From positions 62,001 to 126,000 of the forward strand of contig CDMY01000840.1 of the NCBI GenBank assembly GCA_001179505.1: a stretch of 64,000 nucleotides of DNA, written 5' to 3'. Below the pieces are notes generated by a model. The model saw nothing but the letters and a program-made list of their open reading frames with translations. It was not told where the DNA came from and searched no databases. Shown here piece after piece: positions 13,301 through 27,378 of the stretch; the stretch's first letter is position 1, and each line of letters begins with the position of its first letter. A program made the translations under genes and the position numbers. Source of the DNA: Vitrella brassicaformis CCMP3155 (Eukaryota; Protista; Chromerida).

Positions 13301-13951
13301 AGGCCAGGCTCTTCGCTGGTGCCCTGCAGCACCGAACCACACAGACAGACAGACACGTACACATAAGCAGATGGCCAGCTCCACCCACTGGAATGAGAGC
13401 GCACATACCGTCATCGTGTGCGTCTTCCCCGCCCCGGTCATCCCATAGGCGAACACACACAGCGATCTGCCCCTCAACACAGCTCCACAGGCCGTCCGGA
13501 CGCTGCCGAAGACATCTTCCTGGCTACCCGATGCTGATGGATCAAACACCCTATCAAACGAGTAGGTGCGGCGGGAAGATGTGCCTCGCCGACCTGCACA
13601 GCAGACCATGGCAATGTCCGTCCCGCTGCATCGCATCAGTACTATATATGGCTGCAGAGTCAGCTCACCTGGGTCAAGGATGGCTATCTGGTTGCTCTGA
13701 GATGTGATCTCACATATGGATGACGCGGCCTCGTCTGCCGGGGGTCTCGTGCGGCAGAAAACCTGGACACCTGCATGCCACGGTACGTATCCGTCAGAGA
13801 AAGAGGAAAGGGTGGATGGATATGGATGCAGCATCAAGTTCAGTCGTTGTTCCAAGCGGTTGTGCTCACATGCGGCTTCCTTTTCGAGGTCCGTGAGCTG
13901 CTGCAGCAGCGACTTGTAGGCATCCCGCCACACCATCACGTCACCCGCCAT
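10340..13951 (-). CDS. Kinesin motor protein with a kinesin-14-like neck, followed by a coiled coil and low-complexity tail; 3' end approximate
   Basis: VQVFCRTRPP, YSFDRVF, P-loop FAYGMTGAGKT, switch I NANSSRSH, switch II LVDLAG-SER, INRSISALG, HVPFRNSKLTLLLQD and ETLHSLQWASR. Confidence 0.9.
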
Positions 13952-14443
13952 CGCTCCCCCGTCGGATTCTCAGAATTTACATTGAGGGCGAGGACTTAGC
14001 CGAGGAATAGAGTGAGGTACATGTTGTAATGCGCGTACTCGTGTGCCTGACTGATTACTTGGACGTGATTTCGCCGCCAACATGGCCAACTGATGATGAT
14101 GATGATAATGATGATGATGATGATGATTGGTTAAATGGATGGCCTCTGTCTCTGTCTGTCGTAGATAGCTATCGGCCACCTCTGTCTGTCTGTATGTACA
14201 CACACACACACACACCAATATGCATCGACACTACACACGCTCTACTCTAGCCAACTCGACCTGCCTGCCCCCGCCAACCGCAGCCGATGTCAACTAGAGA
14301 CTGTGCTGTGTGGACCATCTGTTGTCTCGAAGGCATGTGCGTTGGCAGAGGGCGTGGTTTGTCAGGGGAACCGTGCCCGCCGCCACCGCCTACGCCGGTG
14401 AAACAGCAGATGCCCCACCAGTAAGTATCTGGATCTACTTTGT

Positions 14444-17400
14444 CTACTGCTCGGGGCTATCCTGCATCTGCATGGCCTCCAGCCGCAGCGTCTCGGCACT
14501 TCGAAGCAGCTCCTCACACCGCCGGGGATGTGCACTCTTCGGTGCCGCAGCACGCACCTCCTGACCCATCCACACACCACACCCACACGCAACACAACGC
14601 ACGCTTACACCCCCACCGTCTTGCCCCATCCTCCCTCCCCATCTATCTCCTTCACCTGACCTTCAGGAACGCCTCAGTGTTGTGTTTCATGGCGGCCTTG
14701 AGCACGTCGGCCACGGCGTCCTGAATCGCCGCGTTGGGGTCGTCGAGGTGGATGAAGAGGGTCTGCAGAATGTACTCGACCAATGTGGGCGACCAGTTGG
14801 CCGGCAGGGCGTTCATCAGGGCGGTGAGGGCGCTGCACGCCGCCAGACGGATGTCGTCCTGTGCGTCGTCGAGGCGCTTCAGCAGCTCCGGGTAGAGCTT
14901 CTCGTACAGCATACTGTCAACGCCCCTCTCACCCTGCAAACACAACAAACACCACACACACACACACACAGAGAAAGAGATAGAGATGGACAAGGAAAGA
15001 CCACACACGCTCCCTGGTCTGCTGCTAATATACCTACCTTGAGGTAAACTAGCAGGCTCTCCACTACTTTGCAGGCCACCATGCGATTGTCGGGCGCCCA
15101 GTCGTCGCTCATGGACGATGTCAGGGGCGGCATCAGGTCAGGCAGCACACTCGACAGCTCTGCAGAGCTGAGCAGAGGGGTGGGGGCGGGGGAGGTGGCT
15201 GTGGGTTGAACTGGGGGAAACAGCGCCTGGATGCAGAGGAGGGCGGCCTTCCGGATCTTGGCGTTGGCCTGGCCCGGCCGCCAGATGCTGTTGGGCAACA
15301 GGACGAGCCGAAGCAGCATCACCGACACCTCATCGCTCCTGTTGGTTGCCCAAGAATCACACACACATTCAGGACGTGACGTGACATTAACGTCTGCGAC
15401 CCCCCTCTCCCTCCATCGATCGCACCTGAGTGTCTCCTTGATGGCGGGTATGTCGACAGTGAGCATCCAGTAGACCAGCCCCAGCACGTCCACCCGCACC
15501 ATCGGGCACGCACAGTTGGGGTCAGACTGGCACACCAATATCGGCACCAGCCGACGCACACACGGCGCGGCGCCCTCCCCCGCATTGCGCACCAGGGTGT
15601 CGAGCATCGACCGCCGGGCGTCGTCGTCCTGCCAGACGGTCGAGGCGCTGTCGGCCAGGAAGCCCTGCCCCCCTGTCATGTCGCTGGCAGCTGGTGTCGG
15701 TGCTGCGTCATGGTCTGGGATGCCGGTGAGGCATGCCTCGAGGTGCGTGGTGTAGAGGGCGCTGATGGGCACGCCCGAGGCGGCAGCGAGGGAGGCGATC
15801 TGGTGCACACACACACACAGCATGGCGCAAGGAGACAGGGTGAGTGACGGATGTGGGGAGGTTTCCGTGTCTCTGCTCACTCACCACTTGGTCGACCTGG
15901 TCTTCATCGCAACTCGGGCAGGCCTGAACGAATGAGCCAACCACACACAAACATGGGGAGAATGCCCCTCTCTTCGGCACCTACTTCCTTGGTCCCCTAC
16001 TTACTTTGAGTCTGAGCATGACGGCGAACAGCCTGTCTCCCTCCCTCCGACAGGCCTCCCCCGCGGCCCGCACCAGCGCACCCACCACCCTCGGCAGCAC
16101 ACGCAGCACCTCGTCCACTCCTCCCTCCCGGCTCTGCTCCTCCACATATCTCGCAGCCAGCCAGAGCTCCCTCTCGCCCAGGGACGTCGGCTGGGCCTCG
16201 AGCAGGGTGCCGAGCACCACCATGACGGACTTCTTGTTCTCGACAGACACGGCCGTGAACTTGCTGTTGGTCAGCCGCTGCAAATCCACGTCCACCACCT
16301 CGGTCGCCGTCACGCGGCCCCTCACCTCCCTTTCCGGCAGCCATGCGCCCTCGCCCCTCTCTCTGTGTGTGCCGCCTTCGACGCCCAGGTGCGAGCCGAT
16401 GAGTGGCAGCAGTAGGGAGAGGGGGATGACCCTGCCCAGGAGGTGGCCGCACTCGAGCACGGTGTGTGCCACGTCTGGGTTGTCGTCCGATGTGGTCTTG
16501 TAGAGGTGGATGAGCAGTGGGGAGGCGTACGGCGTCAGATGGGAGTCGCACAGCACTATCAGCAGCTTGAGCAGACGGGAGGCCGTCAGTCGATGCGGCA
16601 CCGTCCATGTGATGATGTCCGTCAACACCTGACCACACACACATCCATCCATCCATCTATCCATCCATCCATCCACACAAGCACAGACAACGCACGCACC
16701 TGTGGCAGTAGTTTCTCCAGTAGCCCGACCACCCACGCCCTCATGTCATCCGTCGGCGGCCTATCAGCGCTCAGTGGTGGCGGGAAGGCCGACACGTTCA
16801 GGGGGAGCATACCACGCGCAGACTCCTTCTCGTTTGGCGCCGCCTTGGGGCTCGCCGGCTCCATGACCTGGTCGTTGTCGTGGTTCTCCTTCGCTGTGGC
16901 TGACGCCTCCTGCTGCGATCTCTTCTGCCGCTGCCGCTTCTGCGCAATCGCCTGCACGTACACACACAGGCAGGTCACGTCACGCTGTAGAGGCGAAGTG
17001 GGTGTATGTGAACACGTGTGCTGTGCTGCTGACCTGGAGGTGGGCGTAGGACGGCGCAGCAACGGTCTCTAGCTCGGTGTCGGCCAGACCCCCCAGCAGC
17101 AGGTAGGCCAACCGCCCCTCCAGGCGGTCCCGCTGCTCGTCTCCTATGTGCTCCAGCCAATCAGCTATGACCTCCGATAAACAACACCTGACATGACCCA
17201 CAGACAGTCACAGATGGACGGCATTACGGCAACACAGAGGTCCTCTGCGTACCTGACGGCTGGCGTGCGATCGCTTCTGACGGTGGCGAGTGTGGGCAGC
17301 ACGTCCTCCATGAAGGCGGCACACACATCTGGCTGCCGCAGGAGGGCCCCGAGCGCCTCGAGAGTCGCCTTGCGGACCTTCCAGTGCTGGTGGCTCAGAT

Positions 17401-18126
17401 TCCGCGCCAACGACTGCACCAGAGGACGGCCAACCTACGGACTCAACGCACACATACACACACGCCATGAACCGATGGAATGGATGGCTAGATAGACAGA
17501 CACATGCATTGCATTGCATTGTAAGGTCTCCCAGATCTCCCGCTGACCTTAGCGAGTTTGTCGCCTTGACATGTCTTGGCAATGGCCTCGACAATGCCGC
17601 AAGACTCCCTCTTGGCCTCGGGGTTGGCGTCCGTCAGGGCCTTGGACAGCCCATCCACCAGATCAGCGCAGTACCCCCCGCACCCTTCCCCCACCCCCCG
17701 CACCAGCCGCCCTATCAGCATCAGCACATCCAGCCGCAGCTCCTCGGCCTCCTCAGGGAACGGCAGCGGCCGAATGCGCGACAACAAAGCCGAGAGGCAT
17801 ATCGGCAGCAGGTCCGTGAGCTCCTGTCGGTCTAGCAGCCCGACAGCCTTTGCCATGATGGTCAGAGCGGTCTCTCTGCATCGCTCCACGGGGTCTGACA
17901 GCAGATGGGGAATGCGCGGGGCGAGGCAATGGATGAAGAGGTGCTTGAGGGGCTTGATGCCTGCCGTGTGTGTGGGTGTGGGTGTGGCGGCGGTAGAGGG
18001 AGGGAAGAGTGCGTCCAGCCGTGCGAGGGCTGCCTTGCGGAGGGATCTGTCGGGATCTGTGAGGCAGTTGAGGTCGCGCTGGTGCTTCTGCACGAACGAA
18101 TGGACGTCGGCTGGCAGATCTGACAT
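14444..18126 (-). CDS. DNAAF5: Dynein axonemal assembly factor 5 (HEATR2), HEAT-repeat protein
   Basis: QRDLNCLTDPDRSLRKAAL, LLSDPVERCRETAL, PEEAEELRL, HQHWKVRKATL, DRTPAVR, LDDAQDDIRLAAC and FIHLDDPNAAIQDAV match the HEATR2 pattern as recalled. Confidence 0.85.
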
Positions 18127-18287
18127 AATGCGAGGCGGAAGCAACTCAGCCCCCCGGCTTCACTTCGACGAGCAGTTTCCCGAAATGTCCTAGCCCCGAT
18201 CTCTTGCAAGCTTGTGAAAGGCTTCCTCTCCCTTCGGCACTCGTCCCCCTCTCTCTCTCTAAGGGGGTCGGACATCTTAAGCACAAG

Positions 18288-19221
18288 ATGGCGCCGAAAA
18301 AGAAAGCCGAGACCGAAAAGAAGATGTAAGATCTGACAGGCACAGCGGACAGACAGACCGGCATGAATCAGTCGCACGGAGTGCATCCTATCCTGCGCCC
18401 GCCATGGTTGTCCTATGTGTGTATTGCCGACTGCTTGTCTGTCTGTGTGTGTGTGCGTGTGGTTGCAGTTTGCTTGGGAGGCCTCGTGGTTCTCTGAAGA
18501 TGGGTCTGGTGGGCCTGCCCAACGTGGGCAAGTCGACGACCTTCAACCTCCTGTCCAAGCAGGCCGTGCCCGCAGAGAACTTCCCATTCTGCACCATTGA
18601 CCCGCACGAAGCACGCATGAACGGTATGGAAGCCGATGGTCGGTTCAAGGAGCCAACCAGTCAGTGCCTTCCTTCATCCCTCGAGATCTCCCCTGCCCTG
18701 TGCGTGTGTGTTGTGATCCATCAGTGCCTGATGAGCGGTTCAAGTGGCTGTGCGAGCACTTCAAGCCCAAGTCGGAGGTGTCTGCGACACTGACCATCTA
18801 CGACATCGCGGGCCTGGTGCCCAATGCCCACCAGGGGGAGGGGCTGGGCAACGCCTTCCTCAGCCACATACAGGCCGTTGACGGGATATACCACGTCGTG
18901 AGGGCCTTCGAGAGCGACGACATCATCCACACACAGGTAGAGTGATTGTCATAAGCAACCGACACACACAGGCATACAGACCAACAGACACGTGTGTGGG
19001 GGATAAATAGGGTGAGGTGAATCCCGTGAACGACTTGGTGACGATAGCTGACGAGCTGCGTATGAAGGACATCCAGCGGCTGGAGGACATCACGGTCGAG
19101 CCCGAGAAGTTCACAAGGCGGGGGGCCGACAAGCAGAAGAAGGCCGAGCTCGACATACTCCTCAAGATACTCGCCTGGGTCAAGGAGGACGGCAAATGGA
19201 TCTCTGCTGGTGAGATGCACA

Positions 19222-19254
<33 letters not shown>

Positions 19255-20223
19255 GGAGCGACAACACGCACACAGAGAGAGATTTGTGTGCACCTTAGGT
19301 GACTGGAAGGCAGCTGAGGTTGAGGTGCTCAACAGCTACCAGTTGCTGACGGCCAAGCCAGTGGTGTACCTGGTCAACATGTCCGAGAAGGACTTCATCC
19401 GGCAGAAGAACAAGCACCTGCCCAAGATCGCCGCCTGGGTCAAGGACAACCTCGACGGGCCCATCATCCCATACAGCGCAGAGTTCGAGCAGAAACTCTC
19501 CGAGCTCCCGACTGATGAGGAGAGGCAAAACTACATCAAGGTGGGGTGGGTGGGCCACTGGGTGGGTGGCCTGGCCACACGGATGGACGGATGGATGGAT
19601 GTGGGTGCTGTCATATCAGGATGTGGGGGCCAAGTGTTCCCAGATCGACAAGGTCATCAACACGGGCTACAGCGCTTTGCACCTGCTCCACTACTTCACC
19701 TGTGGCGAGGACGAGGTCAAGTGCTGGACCATCAGAGAAGGCACCAAGGCGCCACAAGCCGCCGGTAAACGAAGCAATCAATCGATGGGATCAGGGCAGA
19801 CAGACACACGGGCAAATGGTGTGTGTGTGTGCGCGTGTGTCAGGTATCATCCACACCGACTTTGAACGGGGCTTCATCTGCGCCGAGGTCTACAAATTTG
19901 ACGACCTCAAGGAGGAAGGTCAGGTCCAACCAATGGGCGGTGGCGGGTCAGACCATCCATAACCAACTCGTGTATTGTATGGCTGTGTGGATTGGATTGT
20001 CAGGGAGCGAGAATGCGGTCAAGGCGGCCGGCAAGTACCACCAGAAGGGGTCAGTACAGTCAGTACACAGAAGGGTGTGGTGCAGTGCATGTTGAGTGCC
20101 CTTCTGTGTGCGTGTCCTGGCTGTGCCGTGCTGTGTTGGTGTGTGTGCAGCAAGGACTACGAAATCACAGATGGCGACTGCGTCTTCTTCAAGTTCAACG
20201 TCACATCCTCAGGGAAGAAGTGA
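18288..20223 (+). CDS. OLA1: Obg-like ATPase 1 / YchF
   Basis: [76 protein letters not shown] and [11 protein letters not shown]. Confidence 0.97.
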
Positions 20224-20973
20224 CCGATCCATCTTTCGCCTCAATTGCCTCCGCTCTGCCTCTTGCTGGGGTGCACTGCGTGACGGTTGCCTGCCTGCCT
20301 GCCTGCCTGCCTAATTCAGATGCGAGACCGACCCTGTGCGAGACCTGTCTGTCTGTCTGTTAAGTTTTGAACGAGTGAATGGGTGCGTGTGCGTCCAAGA
20401 TGGCATGCATGGCTCATACGATCTAGCCAACCACCCAGAGAGAGAATCACCTCTACCTCTTAAGTTTGCGACCTTCAGTCGGTGTCAGTGTACGGAGCCT
20501 CCGCACTGAGCCATCACAGTGCTGAGGCCACGTACACGGAGCCCGAGCCAAGGACGCAGCCGCAGACAGAATCCCACCAAACGAGACACATCAAGTGCAC
20601 ACGGGTCACGGGCGGACAGCATGTGCAATGGCTGCCTGGCTAACATGACATGGGTGCCGGCCGCTCTCTTATCTTCTGTCTGCCTGCCTGCCTGCCTGCC
20701 TGCCTGTGTCTTTTGGTGTCCTTCGCCCACCGCTCACACACGGAGTCTGTGTGAGGGAAGACTCCGTGCATCAGCGGTGACCGACCAGACACACGCAAGT
20801 GACACTTTCCTTCCTCACTCACTGCACAGCACAACCCCGCACCAGCCAGCCCCCCAGAGCAACCGATAGGGAAAAAGAGCCCCAGCCCTCTCTTCCCCCT
20901 GACGCACCGCACCATCCGTCCCGTCCCTTACACATGAGAGTTGGTGTCATGTCACACTCACTGAGTCCGTGTG

Positions 20974-22465
20974 TCACCAGTAGGTGTATCTGTATCTCTG
21001 CTTCATCTCCTTCTCCGTGTCGATGGTCCGCTGCAGCAGCCGCAGCGTCTTGGTCGGCAGCTGCCGGAACTCACCCTCACTTATCAGCCCGTCGCCGTCA
21101 CCATCCAGGGAGCCGAAGGTGGCTGCCGTGGGGGCCTCCTCGCCGGCCAGTCCCCAGATGCCCAGGCGCTTCCCCAGCCGCACCACATCCATAAACCTGC
21201 ACGTGCCACACGTGCCACAAGACATACGCGACGTGGCGAGAGGCTATCTGGGGATGGTTGTGCTACTTACTCGTCGAGGCTGATCTGGCCGTCGTTGTCG
21301 ACGTCGATTTTGTGGAAGGAGCGGCGAATGATGGACTCGACCTTATGCACCGACAACTGGCAGACGGACAGACGCACCGGGGGAGGAACCGGGGAGGAAT
21401 GTTATGACCTGTCTTCCCCCCTTGCTGTGGTGGGGTATGTATGAGTCTGTGTGTGTGCGGTACCTACCTGCAGTGGTCCCCGCTCGGCCTCCAGCCGCCC
21501 CAGCCTCTGTGCCAGGAGGTGGTCGATGGCCATGAGGAAACGCGGGAATGTGCGCTGCAACTCGGGCAACTCAACGGGCTGAACACACACAGCACACCAC
21601 AGCACAGCACGAGTTGATGTGACTGACATTCCTCTCCTTCCGTCCCGTCCTGTGTGTCATGCATGCATTCAGGCCTTACTCGTGTGGGGTCGTCGAGTCC
21701 CACTTGCGCGAGGGCGTCGAGCACCTCACGACCGCTCATACCAAACTGCGAAAATACGACGTTCTCGTGGACTAAATACCTGCAGGAAGGCGCAGAATAA
21801 GAGACGCAGAATAAACAGATAGAAGCGGCCCCTTGCCCCCCCAGGTCAGCTCACATCATCCAATCGTATGTGTTTTTGGGTTTGTCGACCTCCGGCGAGG
21901 CGCCGCTCAGCAGCAGACTGCACTTATCCCCCGCACCATCACCAGCAGAGGCAGAAACCGCACCAGACGATGCGCTCGCCGATGCGGACGAGGAGCTGCT
22001 CTGGTCCGGCTGCTGCTGCTGCAGCTGGAGGGCTTCGGCGATCTTCTGCCTCGCGTCCTCCACCACCTCGATTTGCGAAATGAGCGCCTCCAAACGCATG
22101 ATGCTGCTCGGCGGACTATCCGAGGGACCTGCATGACATGCCCCAGACACACAAGAGAGCGAAGTCATGAGACACAGACTTGCCAGTGCGCATGCGCGAG
22201 TGCATATACCGTCGGTCATGTGGCTGCTGGTGGTAGTGGAGCGACGCCTCTTATCCCCCCTGAAGATGCAGCTCGGCGCCTTGGAGAACTCCGGGCTCAT
22301 CGAGTGGTCGTCCGGGATGCGGGGCATGCCGAGGCCGCAGCACTGGTATCGCAAACGCTCACGCACCCACCGCTCGGGACGTTCCGAGTCGGGGGACTCA
22401 TCCCCAAGGACAGCATCGGCAGGATCCGCACCATCGGGAAGTGGTGAGGATGTCGAGGCGCCCAT
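20974..22465 (-). CDS. Putatively N-myristoylated EF-hand protein, multi-exon
   Basis: Starts MGASTSS. EF loops DVDNDGQISLDE and DGDGDGLISEGE. Linkage of the 5' exons to the EF-hand exons is inferred from an in-frame GT-AG join (..DWMM|YLVHEN..). Confidence 0.65.
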
Positions 22466-22650
22466 TGCTGCAACAGACGTTTGTGTGCCGAATCACGTAC
22501 TGAATCAGACGCTGGGAGAATTCAATATATTGCGAGCTATTGGTTTTCAAGCTCGCAAAAGAGGATGCGAAAAGAAGAGGGCTTCAGTCAGCATTATGTG
22601 TGCCTTGTTAAGATGGGCTCGACGGAGATCTGGTTGATTTGACTTCAATT

Positions 22651-25221
22651 ATGGCGAGGAGAAGGTCTCTGCTTGCCTGGCTCGGCCTCACAACCATCGC
22701 AGTATCAACACAAGTAAGCAACCACACACGCACACACGAGAAACAAAGCAGAGCACGAGCTGGACTCATGCGCATGTGCCTGTCTGTCTATCGTCTATCT
22801 CAGAGTGTGTCTGCCGAGCCAGCGTACATCATCGAGATGAAGGAGGATGGCGGTCAGCTGCTGCTCCCACTCACAGCGGCCGGGCAGCAGGTCAACCTTT
22901 ACCTCGACTCGATGGGCCAGGGCATCCGCCTCTTCCAGTACAACACCTCTGCATGCCCACTGGACAAGGGCGGCAAGCCGGCCGCTGGGCGGGTGTGCTT
23001 CGACCCGCTCAAGGCAGAAAACGGGACGTGTTGGTGCAAGACGCAGATACACCAGAAGTGCATCGTGGACCCCACGCGGCCGAGCTTCAAATGCGCCTGC
23101 ATGAACCAGACCGACGAACACTCCTTCCAAGAGTGAGTCAGTGAGTGGGCGAAGCAGCAAGTGTTGTTGACTTGACAGTGCATTCGTCGCCCCCAACCCT
23201 CCCTCTTTCCATGTGTGTGTGTGTGTGTGTGTGTGTGTCAGGTATCCCTACAGCTGGGATGGTGTCGAGTACGAGGAGCATAGGCAAGAGGGCACTGGCT
23301 CGGTGTCGATCGACCTGCCCAGCGCTGCCCCCGGCTCGCCGAGTGCCGTGCTGCACTTCGCCAAGGAGAAGGCGGCGCTGAAGCTCATCAACAACAGGAC
23401 ACAGCACCAAGAGTGGCCGCTGTTCATGGGGGCCGGGGATGGCTTATGGGGACTCAGCGGTGAGTGTACAAGGCCCGCCGATGGATGGCTGCCAGCCATG
23501 AGCGTGGACGCTCTCTCTTTATGTATTTGTTGTCAGGCCGCTCGTTGTCGTGTCGAAACGAGTCCGTCTTCAGCGATCTTCTCGCGTCGGTCAACGCGAC
23601 GTCCTTCGCCTTTGATGTGTCGATCACCATCCCAACCGCGCCCGCAGACACACGCAAAGACTCGCACACCCGAGACCACCCAATCCACTCGCGAAGGCGG
23701 CTTAACAAGCGGAAAAAGGGGGCGGCTGCGCTGGGGGGAGGTGGGCACAAGAACGAGCTGCACATCGGTGGGTGGACGAAGAAGTACGGTCCGATTGCGT
23801 GGAGCGAGCGGAAGCAAACGGGCGGCTTCATGCAGGACGCCCTGCCGCAGTTCGTGCTCTACCACCCGTCTGTGTGCGGCGCCGACCTGCTCTATAACGA
23901 CTCTTCCAACTGGGTGGCCGCCGTCGACACAGGGTACGCACGAACCGCAGACCAGCATGACCATCCCATCCCATCCTCTGTGTGTGCGTGCTCGTTCGTT
24001 CAGCGCCGAGTGTCTGGGTTTGCCGAGCTTTATATGGGAGCGGTTAATGGCGTGGCTGCCGGTCGACTGTCCCGACGGGAAGCCTCCCGCCCAGCCGGCC
24101 AAGAAGGGCGAGCGGCCGCCTCCCCAGTATCCCGTGTGGCGGTACCGCGACACGCACCCCACCCTGTGCTCGCCACGGAAGGACGCGCGGCCGCTGCCGG
24201 TGTTTCAGTTCCGCTTGAGCGAAGATGAGGAGGGGCCGAGGTTAAACATACCACTTGGTGAGGGAGGGAAAGAGACGGAGGGTGTGTGGGGTGGGGGAGG
24301 GAGATGACGTTGTGTGTTGTGTGTGGTGGAATAGAGAGTTTGGTGCGTTGGAATGCCAGTTCCAAGAGGGAGGAGCTGTGCGTCAGCGGGGAGGCGCCGG
24401 CTTACATCATCGGGTAAGTTAGTCAGCCAGACAAGAGCCAGCCATATGCAGGCAAAACCTGGCAGGCAGGACGCTGGTGTACGTTTTTTGTGGGTCTCCG
24501 TGTCACACGTATCAGTCGCCCTCTCGAGTACACGACCAGCCCCTACATGACTTTCGGCACCTATGGTATGGTGGTGGGCAAGATAAGATAAGATGGCAGG
24601 CACGGCACTCCTATCGAATATATGTCTTTCCATGTGGTTCCTTCCTTGCCTGCCTGCCTTTCAGTGCTCAACAATCTCTACTACGTTGTCAACGATGCCA
24701 ACAACACTATCGGGTGCGGGGCGGGGCGGTGCGCACGGCATGCACACAAACGGGCTGGGCTTGCATTCTGCACAACGAAGCATGAGCTGCATGTGTGTGT
24801 GGTTGCAACGGTGCAGTTTCGCGCAGAAGAACCTCAAGGCTGCCGGCAGCGACGCCTTCTGTGCGATGGAGGCGTCATGCCTGGGATCGCAGACCTACTA
24901 CCGCCCCCGCAATGTGTGTCTCGACCCCACGTGCTCCAAGTGGTACTTCAAGACACTCGACGCGCACACCAAGTAAGCATGCCGCCCATGCCATGCTCCC
25001 GGCTCCCCACACACATGCACACGCCTCAGAATGACCAAATGTGTGCTGCTCTGTGTCTTTTTTCGTTGCGTATTGTCTCTGTGCTGTGCAGGGAGTGCCG
25101 CTACTTCTCTTCCTTGCCTGCGATGGCCGTGACCATTCTGGTTTTGCTGGCGTGCACCGATCTGTGGGGCCACCACCTTTACAAGCTGGCGCTGCAAAAG
25201 GCCAGAGCCATCTGCAGATGA
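22651..25221 (+). CDS. Divergent pepsin-like (A1) aspartic protease-fold type I membrane protein
   Basis: Signal peptide; LYLDSMGQ and AAVDTG(A)ECLGLP at the two expected Asp positions; DGLWGL; LPVFQFRL; Cys-rich segments; C-terminal hydrophobic helix. Confidence 0.65.
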
Positions 25222-25502
25222 GGGACATACATACTACTTATGTCCGTGGCGTGATGGATGGGATGGCTGGGCAGCCCGGGTCTGCGGATTCATTGCAGTC
25301 AGTGCTGTGTGGATGGGGAGCAAGATCTCATTTATGTCGTGTGTATCTATGAGTCGGTCTGCCAGAGAGTGGGTGTGATGTGACAATGATGTCTTTTTCA
25401 GTGTCTGTAGTCGTCATTTGACGAGAGAGCTTCACCAGAGTGTGCGAGCTCATTTGCAAGCTAAGATTGCAGGCCCCAGTCTTTCCAATATCCTCCCCAC
25501 CC

Positions 25503-27330
25503 ATGGCGACGAGAACAACGACCGTTGTGGCTCCGGCGAGTCCTCTGCAGCAAGGGCCGACAGTGGGGGCGGGCCAGGGGACACAGGCGGGAAGAGTGCC
25601 TTACAGGACACACCAGGTGCCAAACCGGGCGTATGACCACCTCTATGACCCGCTCTACTGCTCGGCCGGGCCTACTGACCATGCCAAACTCGTGAGCACG
25701 CCGGATGGCCATGACATGCAGCGGACGGCGTGCGTGTGAGTGGTTGGTTGGTTGGCTTGTGTTGTGCAGACGATGCGCGGGATGGCGGGCCAGGTTGAGA
25801 AGGTGGCCGACTGTGAGTTTTACTTCTCGGAGCTGCAGCACTGTCCCAGACACACACTGCGCATCTCTGAGGTAAGGTGAGGTGCCTGCCTGTCTGTCTG
25901 TCTGTCAAGTGCAAAGAGTCTTTGTCTGGTGTTCATCGTTTCAGAATCCCAGCAAGGCCCCGCCTGGCCATGTGGACACCAACTGGCACCCTCCAGCAGG
26001 ACCTGACGTCGATGCAGACCAGGTGAATACGGCCCGTCTCTAGATAGCTGCACATCAATGATCAATCGTCTCTCTCTCCCTGTGTCTGTGTCTGTGTCTC
26101 TGTGTCTGTGTCTCTGTGTCTGTGTCTGTGTCTGTGTCTGTGTGTGTCAACGAAGGTCACAGGGAAGCACCGGCACAAGTTCTTCCGCCGTCCCCTGGTG
26201 GCCAGCCTGTCAGCACAGTCACCGGTCGGTGAGCGATTGACCTCCACCACCCAACCACACAAATGTGTCACCTTTTATGTGTACATGTGTAGGTTGTGTA
26301 TGCGAGCGCTGCGCCGGCTCGTGTGGCGGCAGTGCTTCGTGCGACGGCTGATATCACGGCCATCCCCCGGCAACGAGCACCTGTCGACCCCTTCGTCACT
26401 GTTGGGCGAGGTAGGCAGGTCAATGCACACGCACCTCACCTGGCAGAGCATATTTGGTGTGCATGGCATGGCTGGGCTGGTGTAGAGAGTCTCGACGGGC
26501 GGACGAGGACCATTGGTGAGAGAGTGAAGAAACAGACAGACAGACAGACAGACAGACACACAGACACACTCACTCGATTTGTGTGTGCATGTGGATGGAT
26601 GCCGTGTGGTGTGTGCAGGGATCCAGTCCGTCTACCGTGAGGGCTCTGCGCAGACGGACCCCTACTCGCCGCCATACGTGCTGCAGTCAGCTGATCCTAA
26701 CTTCAACCCCGAAGTCATTCATTAATCCGATCCGTACACCCCATATATACCCAGCAATTCGTTGTCTGTCTGTGTGTCTTCAGGTGCTGACCATAGCCCA
26801 GTTGTGTTGGGACAAGGGCCTCCCCGCGACAAACATCGAGGTCGCCATGATACAGAAAATGAGACAGAAGAGGTACGTACGTGGCACCTGCCCACGATGC
26901 ACTCGCAACACACACACGATACGATACGATCACCATACGCCTGCCCTATTTGTGAATATGCACAATCAATCAGGTTATGGGACCAGATGCTGCCGCCGTC
27001 GACTGATGAGTTTTCGTTCCGTCTACGTGAGCGGCTGCTCACCGAGGCAGAGTTCAAGGAATGGGCAGACAGAGAACAACACATCAAAGACCTACAGGTA
27101 AGGCAAGGCCCTCCAGCCAAGAACACCGACCAACGAGCACATACTTCTGTTGGTCTGTGTGTGTGCAGCGTCGCCGTCTCGAGATTATCCGTGAGGAGTT
27201 GGCTGCTCGCGAGGAGAAGCGTACCTCCCAGCAGGCCGACAGGGTGGAGCGCATCCGCGTCAAGAAGATCGACAACAAGGACAGAAGAATCGCCAAGGGA
27301 CAAAAGAAACGAATCAAGGTGGGTGACATA

Positions 27331-27378
<48 letters not shown>

